Assembly (NCBI GenBank): GCA_964347285.1
Contig: CAYFYE010000004.1
Coordinates: 731-64,730, forward strand
DNA: 64,000 nucleotides
DNA from: an uncultured Acidimicrobiia bacterium
GTDB taxonomy: Bacteria > Actinomycetota > Acidimicrobiia > Spongiisociales > JAOTWH01
Reading direction: 5' to 3'
Translations under genes and position numbers: made by a program
The notes under the pieces: generated by a model
What the model was told of the DNA's origin: nothing
Database searches by the model: none
The model's input: only the letters and a program-made list of their open reading frames with translations
Shown: positions 49,926 through 59,221 of the stretch, one piece after another
Layout of the letters: every line of letters begins with the position of its first letter
Position numbering within the stretch: the stretch's first letter is position 1

Positions 49926-52541
49926 CTACTCCAGGCCCGGCCCGGGGGCGGCGGCTGTCCCGAATTCGAAGCCGCATTCCGGAGCTGTGTATTCCACGAT
50001 CGGTTCGCCCCGCCGCCGATGCCAGCGGTCCCACAACACCAGCATGCTGGGCAGTACCAGCACCGCGGCCACCAGCGCGAAGGAGATGGCGTAGCCGGTC
50101 ACCAGCCCCAGTTGCTTAAAGGGCTTCAACGACGACGTCACCAGGATCCCGAACCCGGCAACAGTAGTGAAGGCCGACCCGGCCAGGGCCCCACCGGTGT
50201 GGGTCATGGTGGACCGGATGGCCTCTTCGGGACTGTCCCATCGCACCCGGTCTTCCTGGTAGCGGTGGGTGATATGGATGCTGTAGGGAACCCCGATTCC
50301 GATGGCGATGGCCGCGATCATCGCCGTGACCGGATTGAAGGAGATGCCGGTCAGGGCCATCATCCCGAACACCCAGAGGACGACGAGAGCCACCGGGGCA
50401 ATCGTCAGCACTCCCAAGAACGGGCGACGCGCCGAGACGTAGAACGTGACCACGAGCAGCGCCATCGCCGCTGCCAGCGTGATCGCCAGTGACGAAGCCT
50501 GAGAGTTCTGCAGCGATTCCACTACGCCGCGGGCGATGATGTTCTCGTTGGTGGGAACCGCGCTCACCCCGTCGATGGCATCGAACGGAGCCAGGTCGGC
50601 GCGCAGCTCGTCGGCGAGCACGGCGGCGTCCTGTTCGCCGGCCTGGGTGGCCACGCTCATGTTGACGTAGCGAATCGCTCCGTTCTCGTCGGCGGCCAGC
50701 ACCCGGTTCATTGCCTGCGGGGTCTCGGCGGCGGCCGCCTCGTATAGCGAGGCCACGTCGGCATCGGAGCTGACCGTCAGGTCCGCCTGCAGCCCCAGCG
50801 TGGACGCCCGGGCCGCGAATTCGGCATCGAAAAACTGCGGGTCGCCGCCTTGATCGAGAGGGGTGGCCAGCTGGCCGATGATCGACGCCGGCGACTCGAC
50901 GGCCGCCCTGGGGCCGAACATCAGCACGCTGGGAGTGTCATCCATGTTCTCCCAGGCCTTCACCATGGCGTTGTGCGCCTCCGGCGTCTGCACCACGCCC
51001 TCGACGAGCACGTTGGTGGTCTCGCCGAGACCCCCACCGAATTCCTCGTCGAGCACGTCGAACACCTCCAGCATCGGGGAATCCTCGGGGAGGAAGTCGG
51101 TGAAGCTGAACGTGGTGTCCAGGCTGACCAGGCCCCAGGTGCCCAGCCCGCCTACGCCTACCGCCAGCGTGAGCATCAGGGCCGGAACCCGCTCGGCGAA
51201 CACGGCCACTCGGCCCATGAGCGTGGGCAGCAGTCGCTCGCTCGAATGACCCATGGCCTCCACCGGGAGCCGGCCCCCTTGCTCGGCACGGCGGTCCAGC
51301 AGTATCCGCACCGACGGAACGAAGGTCAGCATGAGGACGAACGCGGCCCCGATTCCCACTGCGGCCAAGATTCCAAAGTCGGCGATGGCCGTCACCGGGC
51401 TGAACACGTTGGTGAGGAAGCCGACCGCCGTCGTCACCGTCGCCAGAACCAGAGCCACCCCGACCGTCCTCGTCGCCTTCGAAGCCGCCCCGTTGACGTC
51501 TTCGCCTCCTCCGACCTCCTCCCGGTACCGGGCCGTGAGGTGGATTGCGTAGTCCACCCCCAAGCCGATCAGCAAAATCGGAATGACCCGCAGAACTTCA
51601 TTGAACTTGCCGATGACCCCGAGATACTTGGGACCGAGAAGCACGCCGATGCCGTTCATCCACACGATCGACATGACGATCACACCGAGAGCGAGCAGCA
51701 CATCGGCAGACGCACGTCGCAGGGAGGCCCGGCGGGTCATTCTTCCCTTGGGGTGAATCCAGAAGACCGAGCCGAGGATGACGAGGATGATGAGAAACGC
51801 CGATCCGAACAGCCGACCGATCTCCCGCTCGAAGACGTCGGTGTCGGAGAACAGCAGCGCGAAACTGAACGGCCGGGCCTCGATGGCGCCCATGTCGACT
51901 TCGGCGATGTCATCGGCCATGTCCACCTCGATCGCCTGGAGCTCGGACCCGTTGGGATCGTCCTCCAGCACGCCGGAATCGAGCAGCACCACCATGATCC
52001 CTGCCGGGGATTCGGGCACAGACAGGTCGGTGGCGCCCTCTCGCTGGGAGAGGCTCAGCGTCAGCTCTCCCTGCGTCTCGGGGGGCAGCCCGGCGAGGCC
52101 TGCCAGATACGCTTCCTTCACCTGATCGTCGGTTGCGGCCGTGGGCGCCACCCCCATTTCTTCCAGGCCCAGAAGCGCCGGCCGGAAGAATCCCTGGATA
52201 TGGCCGCCCGGCAACCCGGAGAACAGCTCGGCGGCCCGGCTCGATCGGATGGCTTCCTCGACCGCCAGATAGACCCGCAGCCCTTCGGCCGTCAGCACGT
52301 CCCCGGATTCGGCGGTGAACACCACTTGTACCGGAGCGACGGCACTCGCCTCGAACTCCTCCTGGATGACCTGTCCGGCCAGGAACTCCTCGGAGTCCGG
52401 CGAGAAGCCCTCGTTGCCGGTGGCCTGCTCGGCCTGGGGAAGGAACGCCCCAAAGACGACGGTAAGGGCCAGCGAGCCCAGGAGCACCGGGACCGGGGCG
52501 CGTCTAACGAGTGCGGCGAGCAGCTCGGCGAAGCGCGTCAC
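49926..52541 (-). CDS. MMPL/RND-family transporter
   Basis: Two RND-like repeats: GLGVDYAIH..RYREE and GIGVPYSIH..RYQED; about 12 TM helices. Confidence 0.92.
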   Translation of the reverse strand: MTRFAELLAALVRRAPVPVLLGSLALTVVFGAFLPQAEQATGNEGFSPDSEEFLAGQVIQEEFEASAVAPVQVVFTAESGDVLTAEGLRVYLAVEEAIRSSRAAELFSGLPGGHIQGFFRPALLGLEEMGVAPTAATDDQVKEAYLAGLAGLPPETQGELTLSLSQREGATDLSVPESPAGIMVVLLDSGVLEDDPNGSELQAIEVDMADDIAEVDMGAIEARPFSFALLFSDTDVFEREIGRLFGSAFLIILVILGSVFWIHPKGRMTRRASLRRASADVLLALGVIVMSIVWMNGIGVLLGPKYLGVIGKFNEVLRVIPILLIGLGVDYAIHLTARYREEVGGGEDVNGAASKATRTVGVALVLATVTTAVGFLTNVFSPVTAIADFGILAAVGIGAAFVLMLTFVPSVRILLDRRAEQGGRLPVEAMGHSSERLLPTLMGRVAVFAERVPALMLTLAVGVGGLGTWGLVSLDTTFSFTDFLPEDSPMLEVFDVLDEEFGGGLGETTNVLVEGVVQTPEAHNAMVKAWENMDDTPSVLMFGPRAAVESPASIIGQLATPLDQGGDPQFFDAEFAARASTLGLQADLTVSSDADVASLYEAAAAETPQAMNRVLAADENGAIRYVNMSVATQAGEQDAAVLADELRADLAPFDAIDGVSAVPTNENIIARGVVESLQNSQASSLAITLAAAMALLVVTFYVSARRPFLGVLTIAPVALVVLWVFGMMALTGISFNPVTAMIAAIAIGIGVPYSIHITHRYQEDRVRWDSPEEAIRSTMTHTGGALAGSAFTTVAGFGILVTSSLKPFKQLGLVTGYAISFALVAAVLVLPSMLVLWDRWHRRRGEPIVEYTAPECGFEFGTAAAPGPGLE

Positions 52542-52609
52542 AGTTTCCTCTCCAGGTGTCGGCGGGCCAGCCTACGCAGCGACAATGTCAACACAAGCTC
52601 GCCGTCCGC

Positions 52610-54541
52610 TCAGCGTGGCGGCCGGCACAGCTCCACCAGCTCATCGGCGGCCTCGTCCAGGGCGACGCCCCGACGCTCGCCCTCATCGCCGCGCCGGCGC
52701 ACTCCGACCGTGCCGTGGGCGGCGTCATCGTCCCCGACCACCAGCACGGCCGGATGGTGCTGGGTGAGGGCCCGCCGGATCTTCTCCCCCACCGTGTCGT
52801 CGGCTTCGTCGACCTCGACCCGCAGTCCCTCGAGTCGGAGGCGATCGGCCACCGAAGCCGCATAGTCGTGGTGGCGATCGGCGACGGGAACCACGGACAC
52901 CTGGACCGGACTCAGCCACGGCGGGAAAGCTCCGGCGTAGTGCTCGGTGAGTATGCCGACGAAGCGTTCCACCGATCCCAGCAGGGCTCGGTGGACCATC
53001 ACCGGCCTCTCCCTGGTGTTCTCAGACGTGGCGTACTCCAGGTCGAAGTTCTGGGGTTGGAGGAAATCCACCTGAAGGGTGGTGAGCTGCCACCTCCGCC
53101 CGATGGCGTCGCGCACGTGGACGTCGATCTTGGGCCCGTAGAAGGCCCCCTCCCCCTCGGCCACTTGGTAGTCGAGGCCGGAGGCGTCGAGGGCTTCCGC
53201 CAGGGCCCGCTCGGCCTTGTCCCACAGGGCCGCCTCGCCGACGAAGGGTTCGGGACGCGTGGACAGGTCGGCTTCGAAATCCTCGAACCCGAAGTCGCGC
53301 AGGACCATCAGCGTGAAATCCAACAGTCGACGCAGCTCCTCGCCGAGGCCGGACTCGGTGACGAAGATGTGGCTGTCATCCTGGGTGAAGCCGCGGGCCC
53401 GCAACAGCCCGTGCACCACCCCTGATCGTTCGTAGCGATACACGGTGCCCAGCTCGAAGAGCCGGAGGGGAAGCTCCCGATAGCTTCGGCCTCGCGTCTT
53501 GTAGACCAGGATGTGGAACGGGCAGTTCATCGGCTTGACGAAGTAGCGGTGCCCCTCGTCCATGACCATCTCCGGGTACATGCCCTCGGCATAGAACTCC
53601 AGGTGCCCCGACGTCTCCCACAGGCTGCTGCGAGCCACGTGAGGCGTGGCCACGATTTCGTACTCGTGAGCGATGTGGGTACGGCGGCTGTAATCCTCGA
53701 CGACGGTCCGCAGAATGCCCCCTTTGGGATGCCACACCGCCAGGCCCGAGCCCAATTCCTGGGGGAACGAGAAGAGATCAAGCTCCGGGCCCAAGCGTCG
53801 ATGGTCCCGTCGCTCCGCTTCCTCCAGGCGGTGCAGGTACTCCTCGAGGGCCTTGGGGTCCTCCCAGGCCGTGCCGTAGATGCGCTGCAATTGGGGGCGG
53901 TGCTCGTCCCCCCGCCAGTAGGCGCCGGCGGTGCGGAGGAGCTTGATGGCCCGCAGCCTTCCCGTCGAGTGAATGTGAGGCCCTCGGCACAGGTCCACGA
54001 ACCCGTCGTTTCGATAGAGAGTGACCGCCTCTCCGCCGGCACCCTCGGCCTCGTCGACAGATTCGATGATCTCCACTTTGAACGGCTGATCGGCAAAGAG
54101 CTCCAGGGCCGCGGCCTTGGACACCTCGTCGCGGACGAATGGTTGATCCGCTTCGATGATCTCGGCCATACGACTCTCGATGCGATCCAGGTCCTCTGGG
54201 GTGAACGGGCGCCCGACGTCGAAGTCGTAGTAGAAGCCGTCCTCGATCGGAGGTCCGATGGCAAAGCTGGCCCCTTCGAACAGATCGAGAACGGCCTGGG
54301 CAAGCACATGGGCGGCCGAATGGCGCAGTACCGATCGCCCCTCGTCGGTGTCCTCGGTCACGATCTCGATTGAACCGTCGCCGGGTAGGGCCCGGTCCAG
54401 GTCGATCAGGTGCCCATCGTGCCTGACCGCAACGGCGGCGGCCGCCAGCCGAGGGCCGATCTGCTCGGCCACGGTGCGTCCGGTCGCCCCGTTCGGGAAC
54501 TCGTGGAGGGAGCCATCGGGAAACATGAGTCGAATCGTCAT
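52610..54541 (-). CDS. thrS: Threonine--tRNA ligase
   Basis: TGS domain, RHSAAHVLA, DLCRGPH, RDHR, KPMNCPFH, RARGFTQDDSH, FYGPKID; ATG 54541 after GAGGA. Confidence 0.98.
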   Translation of the reverse strand: MTIRLMFPDGSLHEFPNGATGRTVAEQIGPRLAAAAVAVRHDGHLIDLDRALPGDGSIEIVTEDTDEGRSVLRHSAAHVLAQAVLDLFEGASFAIGPPIEDGFYYDFDVGRPFTPEDLDRIESRMAEIIEADQPFVRDEVSKAAALELFADQPFKVEIIESVDEAEGAGGEAVTLYRNDGFVDLCRGPHIHSTGRLRAIKLLRTAGAYWRGDEHRPQLQRIYGTAWEDPKALEEYLHRLEEAERRDHRRLGPELDLFSFPQELGSGLAVWHPKGGILRTVVEDYSRRTHIAHEYEIVATPHVARSSLWETSGHLEFYAEGMYPEMVMDEGHRYFVKPMNCPFHILVYKTRGRSYRELPLRLFELGTVYRYERSGVVHGLLRARGFTQDDSHIFVTESGLGEELRRLLDFTLMVLRDFGFEDFEADLSTRPEPFVGEAALWDKAERALAEALDASGLDYQVAEGEGAFYGPKIDVHVRDAIGRRWQLTTLQVDFLQPQNFDLEYATSENTRERPVMVHRALLGSVERFVGILTEHYAGAFPPWLSPVQVSVVPVADRHHDYAASVADRLRLEGLRVEVDEADDTVGEKIRRALTQHHPAVLVVGDDDAAHGTVGVRRRGDEGERRGVALDEAADELVELCRPPR

Positions 54542-54658
54542 ATCGTCCTCGAAGCCATCGTCGGGTGCCGGGCGAAGGCTCAGAGTACTCGGGGTTCCAA
54601 CACCGGCCTTCTCCAAACCTGCGAGAATGCCCGGGCCGCAACGAGGGACCGTCCGGAA

Positions 54659-55522
54659 ATGGAGGTTGACCAGCTGGTCGCCCGCATCGCCAAAGGGGGG
54701 CGGGTGCAGGAACTCACGCCGGGGGCCCAGCGTGCCGTCGGGGCCAACCGACTCTTTCGGCTGTGGACCGAGAACACCACCCGCATCATCAAGGTCTACG
54801 GAAATCCCGCCCGGGAACGCAGGGAGCGACATGCCCTCACCGCTCTGCGCGGCATCGATGGCCTGCCCGTCGTCGTGGACCGGGGCGCCGAAGGGCCGAC
54901 CCACTGGGCGGTCTTCCAAGATGCCGGCAGCTGGAACTTGGCCAACCTGCCCGAGAATCCGGCTCTGGCTCGCAGGGCCGGAGAGGTGCTTCGCGCCATT
55001 CACGGGGCCAATCCCGAGCCACTCTCCAACCTGGCTCGCGGTATCGATCAGGAGTGGGTGACGGTCGACTTCATCTCGACGTTTCGACGACTCGACCGCT
55101 ACCGGGGCCGCCTTGCCATGTCTGAGGAGCTGCTCTCGGCGGCTCGCCGCGTGCGTCCTCCGTTTGCGTCACCACCCCGTGTGGCCCACACGAACCCGAT
55201 CCCCGAGAATTTCCTCGTAGACGAACGGGGCAACGTGACGCTCATCAATTGGGAATGGGCCACCCTCGCTCCCCTGGAATGGGATCTGAGTCTGTCGTTG
55301 TGGATGCTCGGCCTGCGGTCGGGTCGCCAGTCTGCCGCCTCCTTTGCACAGGGCTACGGAGTCGAGATGGAAGGATCGCAGCTCGACCGATGGACCGTCT
55401 ATCACGCCGGCATGATGCTGGTCTACGAGTCTGAGAACCGGATCAAGGGGCGCCTGGACGATCTCGACTACCTCATCGACGAATTGCGGCGCGCCGTTGC
55501 CGGATCGCGCGCTCCCGTCTGA
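54659..55522 (+). CDS. APH/choline-kinase-fold protein, probable pseudokinase
   Basis: IIKVYG, helix-C ERHAL, HTNPIPENFLV and LINWEWA..P.EWDL; ATG 54659; divergent from thrS. Confidence 0.8.
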   Translation: MEVDQLVARIAKGGRVQELTPGAQRAVGANRLFRLWTENTTRIIKVYGNPARERRERHALTALRGIDGLPVVVDRGAEGPTHWAVFQDAGSWNLANLPENPALARRAGEVLRAIHGANPEPLSNLARGIDQEWVTVDFISTFRRLDRYRGRLAMSEELLSAARRVRPPFASPPRVAHTNPIPENFLVDERGNVTLINWEWATLAPLEWDLSLSLWMLGLRSGRQSAASFAQGYGVEMEGSQLDRWTVYHAGMMLVYESENRIKGRLDDLDYLIDELRRAVAGSRAPV

Positions 55523-55533
55523 CGTTGAAAATA

Positions 55534-55555
55534 CTCGGCCCGGGCGGCGGCCGAG
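55534..55555 (+). terminator. Small hairpin after the pseudokinase
   Basis: CTCGGCC / GGCCGAG inverted repeat; no U-tract. Confidence 0.35.
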
Positions 55556-55592
55556 CCTACGCTGGCGGGGTCCGTCACGTACGGAGGACCCC

Positions 55593-55790
55593 TTGCTCGA
55601 GATCATCGCCGCGAGTTCCCTGGTTGCTGCGTTGATTGTTGCCTTCTCCCTCCGTCGTCCCGCCCTGCTTCGTGGATCCGAGCCCGCCACCGGCCAATTC
55701 GTCGACGACGACCTCCCCTGTCCATGGTGCTTGGCGCCGACCGGAGAAGACGACGATCGCTGCCCGTCGTGCGGCAAGCACTTCGGCTGA
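55593..55790 (+). CDS. 65-aa protein with N-terminal TM and C-terminal Cys4 zinc ribbon
   Basis: GGAGGA SD plus TTG; hydrophobic N-terminus; CPWC..CPSCG. Confidence 0.75.
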   Translation: MLEIIAASSLVAALIVAFSLRRPALLRGSEPATGQFVDDDLPCPWCLAPTGEDDDRCPSCGKHFG

Positions 55791-55877
55791 GCCTCTGGAG
55801 CCCCAGTTCCGGGTCTGCGAGGCAGCACCAAAAGGCAGCTGAGCACGATGAACCCGCCCTGCGTGCCCAGGTTTTGC

Positions 55878-55905
55878 TTGTGCGGTGGCGTTCTGGGTGT
55901 ATTCT
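55878..55905 (+). promoter_or_regulatory. Putative housekeeping-sigma promoter
   Basis: TTGTGC-N16-TATTCT upstream of the 55970 ORF. Confidence 0.45.
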
Positions 55906-55969
55906 GGCGCCCGAGGCAAGGCAAGGGAAGGCGAGGGACCCGTCGTTGGTGGCAACGATTGGAGGACCC

Positions 55970-56155
55970 ATGCCATCCACGCTGAGTGACGCCAATATCG
56001 AGCGCGTCGGCACTCCCCACTCTCTGACCTACCGCTGTCGCCGATGCGGCCAGGTATGGGCAGTGATGTCGTTGCCCGGCGGTCGCCGGCGCCCCCGAGG
56101 TTGGTGGCGGTGTCCGGCAGGATGTAACGGCGTCCCGGTGTTTGGCACGATCTGA
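55970..56155 (+). CDS. 61-aa Cys4 zinc-ribbon protein
   Basis: GGAGGA SD plus ATG; YRCRRCG...WWRCPAGC. Confidence 0.72.
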   Translation: MPSTLSDANIERVGTPHSLTYRCRRCGQVWAVMSLPGGRRRPRGWWRCPAGCNGVPVFGTI

Positions 56156-56164
56156 CGTCTAGAA

Positions 56165-56184
56165 GCGGGGTCCGCGGGCCCCGC
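56165..56184 (+). terminator. GC hairpin after the small zinc-ribbon ORF
   Basis: GCGGGG / CCCCGC stem 9 nt after the stop. Confidence 0.45.
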
Positions 56185-56208
56185 ACCGACTCGGCATGGG
56201 GCGGACAA

Positions 56209-56390
56209 CCCCTGCGGTGTGGCACACCAACTGCCTGGCAACAGACCAGACGTACCAAGCCACGCCGCAAGATCGAGACCGGCGCCTTCGGGCGCCGGCT
56301 CTCTGCCTCGACGTGGCTGTGCGAAGTCCCGGGAGGAAGCGAGTACTAGGAACTCCCTTTCACATAGCTCCGGTGTCTCGGCGGCGGGGA
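56209..56390 (+). ncRNA. Structured ~180-nt RNA, 6S (SsrS)-like long hairpin
   Basis: CCGGCGCC-UUCG-GGCGCCGG apex; AGCCACG/CGTGGCT and ACACC/GGTGT arms; 5' CCCCUGCGGUGU and 3' CGGCGGCGGGGA ends; unpaired central region. Folded by eye only. Confidence 0.5.
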
Positions 56391-56473
56391 CGGTCGGGGA
56401 CCAGGGTCTTGCCCGTGAACCTCCCATCGGAAACGCACAGCGCAACACGGAACACGGCTTATCCTGTGGCTCC

Positions 56474-57436
56474 GTGAGCAGTGTCGGCCTGGTCCTCGGC
56501 GGTGGGGGGATCACCGGCGCTGCATGTCAGACCGCCACCCTCCTCGCCTTACACATGGCCACGGGTTGGGACCCGGCCTCGGCCCAAGTCGTGGTGGGCA
56601 CGTCGGGCGGTGCAGTGATCGCGGCGATGGTGCGTGGGCACGGGATCTCCATCGACGCGCTCGTGGGTGACGCCCATGGGCCCCACGAGCTGACTTCCCA
56701 GCTGAAGGCGCAGCTCTTCACCCGGGCCCGGCCCGGCGGGATCGTCAGCTGGGCCCGTCACGGGCTACTCCGAGGCCTCACCCGGCCCGGACTCAGCTTC
56801 GTGCTCGGCAGCCCTGCCCCCTTCAGCGTGTCGGGAATTGCCGAATGGGTGGACACCCGCCTGGGCGACTTCGACGGGGGCTGGCCCGACCGCCCTACCG
56901 TCATCGTGGCCTTCGATCTCGAAAACGGGCGGCGGGTCGCCTTCGGGACCGATGAGGCCCCCGACGTGACCCTGCCCGACGCCGTGGCCGCGTCGTGTGC
57001 GGTACCCCTCATCTATCAACCCCACGTCATCGATGGGCGTCACTACCTCGACGGGGGAGTCGTTTCGGGCACTCACGCCGATCTGGTGCTCGGCTCGACC
57101 GAGCCACTCGACCTCGTTCTCGTGCTCGCTCCGATGGCCCTGAGCTCGCGTCGACCGGGAGCTCGCTTCTACGAACCTTTCCTGGACCGGGCCGGCAGCA
57201 AGGCGCTCGATGCCGAAATCGAGCACATCGCCGCCGCCTGGCCGGAATCGGAGATCCTCATCATGACCCCACCCGAGGAGACCCTCGACGAACTCCGCCC
57301 CAATCCGATGGCGGTCGAAGCCACCGTGCCCTCCTTTTTCCGGACTCTGCGCTCCCTCCGTCACGACCTGGCCCAGCCCGAAGTCTGGGACGTACTCTCC
57401 CGCCACCTCCTCCAGCCCAACGCCGTCGGCCGCTGA
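56474..57436 (+). CDS. Patatin-like phospholipase
   Basis: LVLGGGGITG, GTSGG nucleophile, YLDGG; GTG 56474. Confidence 0.92.
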   Translation: MSSVGLVLGGGGITGAACQTATLLALHMATGWDPASAQVVVGTSGGAVIAAMVRGHGISIDALVGDAHGPHELTSQLKAQLFTRARPGGIVSWARHGLLRGLTRPGLSFVLGSPAPFSVSGIAEWVDTRLGDFDGGWPDRPTVIVAFDLENGRRVAFGTDEAPDVTLPDAVAASCAVPLIYQPHVIDGRHYLDGGVVSGTHADLVLGSTEPLDLVLVLAPMALSSRRPGARFYEPFLDRAGSKALDAEIEHIAAAWPESEILIMTPPEETLDELRPNPMAVEATVPSFFRTLRSLRHDLAQPEVWDVLSRHLLQPNAVGR

Positions 57437-57562
57437 ACCAAGCCCCCAACAGGCCCACTCCGAGTGGCGGTGGCACCGGCCGCCCTCCCGCGGGGCCTCC
57501 TTTCCGGCCCAAGGGGTCGTTGGCCCCTGTCGCTCGGGCTCGGAGGGGCTTATCTTGAGCTA

Positions 57563-58210
57563 GTGGAGACGGCCGAAGTCACCGTCGATGTGGTCCGGGT
57601 CGTTTTGCCGGGTCTGCTCACAGTGCCCGACCAGGCCACCGCTGTGGTGGTATTCGCCCACGGCAGCGGGAGCAGCCGCTTCAGCGCCCGCAATGCGGCA
57701 GTGGCCGCCCATCTGAACGGCCTGGGACAGGCAACGTTGCTCTTCGACCTCCTCACCCCCGAAGAGGCCGCCGACCGCTCCAACGTCTTCGACATCGATC
57801 TGCTCGCCGATCGCCTCGACGAGGCCGGGCGGTGGGTCGGCCGGCACTCCGAAACCGCTCACCTGCCGCTCGGCTATTTCGGAGCTTCCACCGGAGCGGC
57901 CGCCGCCCTCCAGGCGGCGGCCCGCCGCCCCCAATCGGTCGGTGCGGTGGTGAGCAGAGGGGGTCGCCCCGATCTGGCCGGGCCGTTCTTGCCTTCCGTC
58001 CAAGCACCGACGATGCTCATCGTGGGGGGTTCCGACTACGGCGTCATCGATCTGAACCGCCAGGCCGCCCTTCTCCTCCGTTGCCAGCACCAGTTGGAGA
58101 TCGTTCCCGGGGCTACTCATCTCTTCGAGGAGCCGGGCGCCCTCGAGCAGGTGTCCGAGCTGGCCGGTAGTTGGTTTGCCCGGTGGCTGACGGCCGAGCC
58201 GGAACCGTGA
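57563..58210 (+). CDS. Alpha/beta hydrolase (dienelactone hydrolase-like)
   Basis: VFAHGSGSSRFSARN, GYFGASTGAAAAL, SRGGRPDLA, IVGGSD, GATHLFEEPG; GTG 57563. Confidence 0.9.
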   Translation: METAEVTVDVVRVVLPGLLTVPDQATAVVVFAHGSGSSRFSARNAAVAAHLNGLGQATLLFDLLTPEEAADRSNVFDIDLLADRLDEAGRWVGRHSETAHLPLGYFGASTGAAAALQAAARRPQSVGAVVSRGGRPDLAGPFLPSVQAPTMLIVGGSDYGVIDLNRQAALLLRCQHQLEIVPGATHLFEEPGALEQVSELAGSWFARWLTAEPEP

Positions 58211-59190
58211 GGCTGGCCCTTGCCGGCGACACCATGCTGGGTCGTCTGGTCGCCGACCGTTTGGCCCACAGCCCTCCCAATTCCCTTTTCTCGCCTGCAG
58301 TCCTCGAGGCGACCGCGGGGGCCGACCTGTTCGTGCTCAACCTGGAATGCTGTATCTCGAGTCGCGGCGAGCCGTGGCCCGATTCGCGCAAGCCTTTCTT
58401 CTTTCGGGCCCCGCCGGTTGCAGTGGAGGTGCTGCATGCCCTCGGAGTGGACGCGGTCACTCTCGCCAACAACCATGCCCTCGACTACGGATTCGAGGCC
58501 CTCGAGGACACCCTCGACCTACTCGAAGAAGGCGCCATCGCCGTGGTGGGAGCAGGACACGATCTCGAGGAGGCCCGCCGGCCGGCCCTCCTCGAGCATC
58601 AGGGGTTCCGAGTCGGTGTGGTCGGGGTCACCGACCATCCCCAGGACTTCGCCGCGGGACCGGATCGGCCCGGGGTGGCCTTTGCCGACCTGTGGGAGTC
58701 GAGCGTCCCCCAGTGGGTCGTCGATCTGGTCGACTCCCTGCCGGTGGACGCGGTCCTGGTGACTCCGCATTGGGGGCCCAACATGACCGCCTCCCCGGTC
58801 GCCCACGTCCGACGTTCGGCACAGCAGCTGACGGACGCCCGAGCCACCATCGTGGCCGGGCATTCGGCTCACACCTTCCACGGCGTCGAGGGCTCGGTGC
58901 TTTTCGATCTGGGTGACTTCATCGACGACTACGCCGTCGACCCGGTGATGCGCAACGATCTGGGCCTGCTGTGGTTCGTCGACCTCGATGTTTCCGGAGC
59001 CCGCCGGATCGAAGCACTCCCCCTGGCCCTCGACTTCTGTTACACCCGCCTGGCCGGGCCTGAGGAGATGGAGTGGATCTCGGCGCGCTTGCGGCGGGCC
59101 TGCGCCGAGTTCGGAACCGACGTCCGAGAAGAGGGAGGCCGTCTGGTAATCGAACCGGTGACGGGCCCTGGCCCGGCACGCCCGATGTAG
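58207..59190 (+). CDS. CapA-family metallophosphatase
   Basis: LAGDTMLGR, NLEC, LANNHALDYG, HWG, GHSAH, DLGDF; GTG 58207. Confidence 0.9.
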   Translation: MRLALAGDTMLGRLVADRLAHSPPNSLFSPAVLEATAGADLFVLNLECCISSRGEPWPDSRKPFFFRAPPVAVEVLHALGVDAVTLANNHALDYGFEALEDTLDLLEEGAIAVVGAGHDLEEARRPALLEHQGFRVGVVGVTDHPQDFAAGPDRPGVAFADLWESSVPQWVVDLVDSLPVDAVLVTPHWGPNMTASPVAHVRRSAQQLTDARATIVAGHSAHTFHGVEGSVLFDLGDFIDDYAVDPVMRNDLGLLWFVDLDVSGARRIEALPLALDFCYTRLAGPEEMEWISARLRRACAEFGTDVREEGGRLVIEPVTGPGPARPM

Positions 59191-59221
59191 TACGGAAACC
59201 AGGAGCGTTAGCCTCGGTCGC

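Noticed and set aside
54542-55003. 154-aa N-terminal extension of ThrS in the ORF track (797 aa)
   Set aside because: The TGS domain starts at ATG 54541 after a GAGGA SD; the extension overlaps the divergent kinase-fold gene.
55791-55845. CTCTGGAG...AAAAGG resembling a glycine riboswitch
   Set aside because: The core GCCGAAGGAGCAA and CTCTCAGG elements are missing, and no glycine-related gene follows.
56323-56343. GAAGTCCCGGGAGGAAGCGAG resembling SRP RNA helix 8
   Set aside because: Lacks the CAGG...GNRA...AGCAG symmetric loop and the surrounding SRP stem.
56196-56477. 93-aa ORF overlapping the patatin start
   Set aside because: Many A/T-ending codons compared with neighbouring genes, no motif or SD; the region is better explained by RNA structure.
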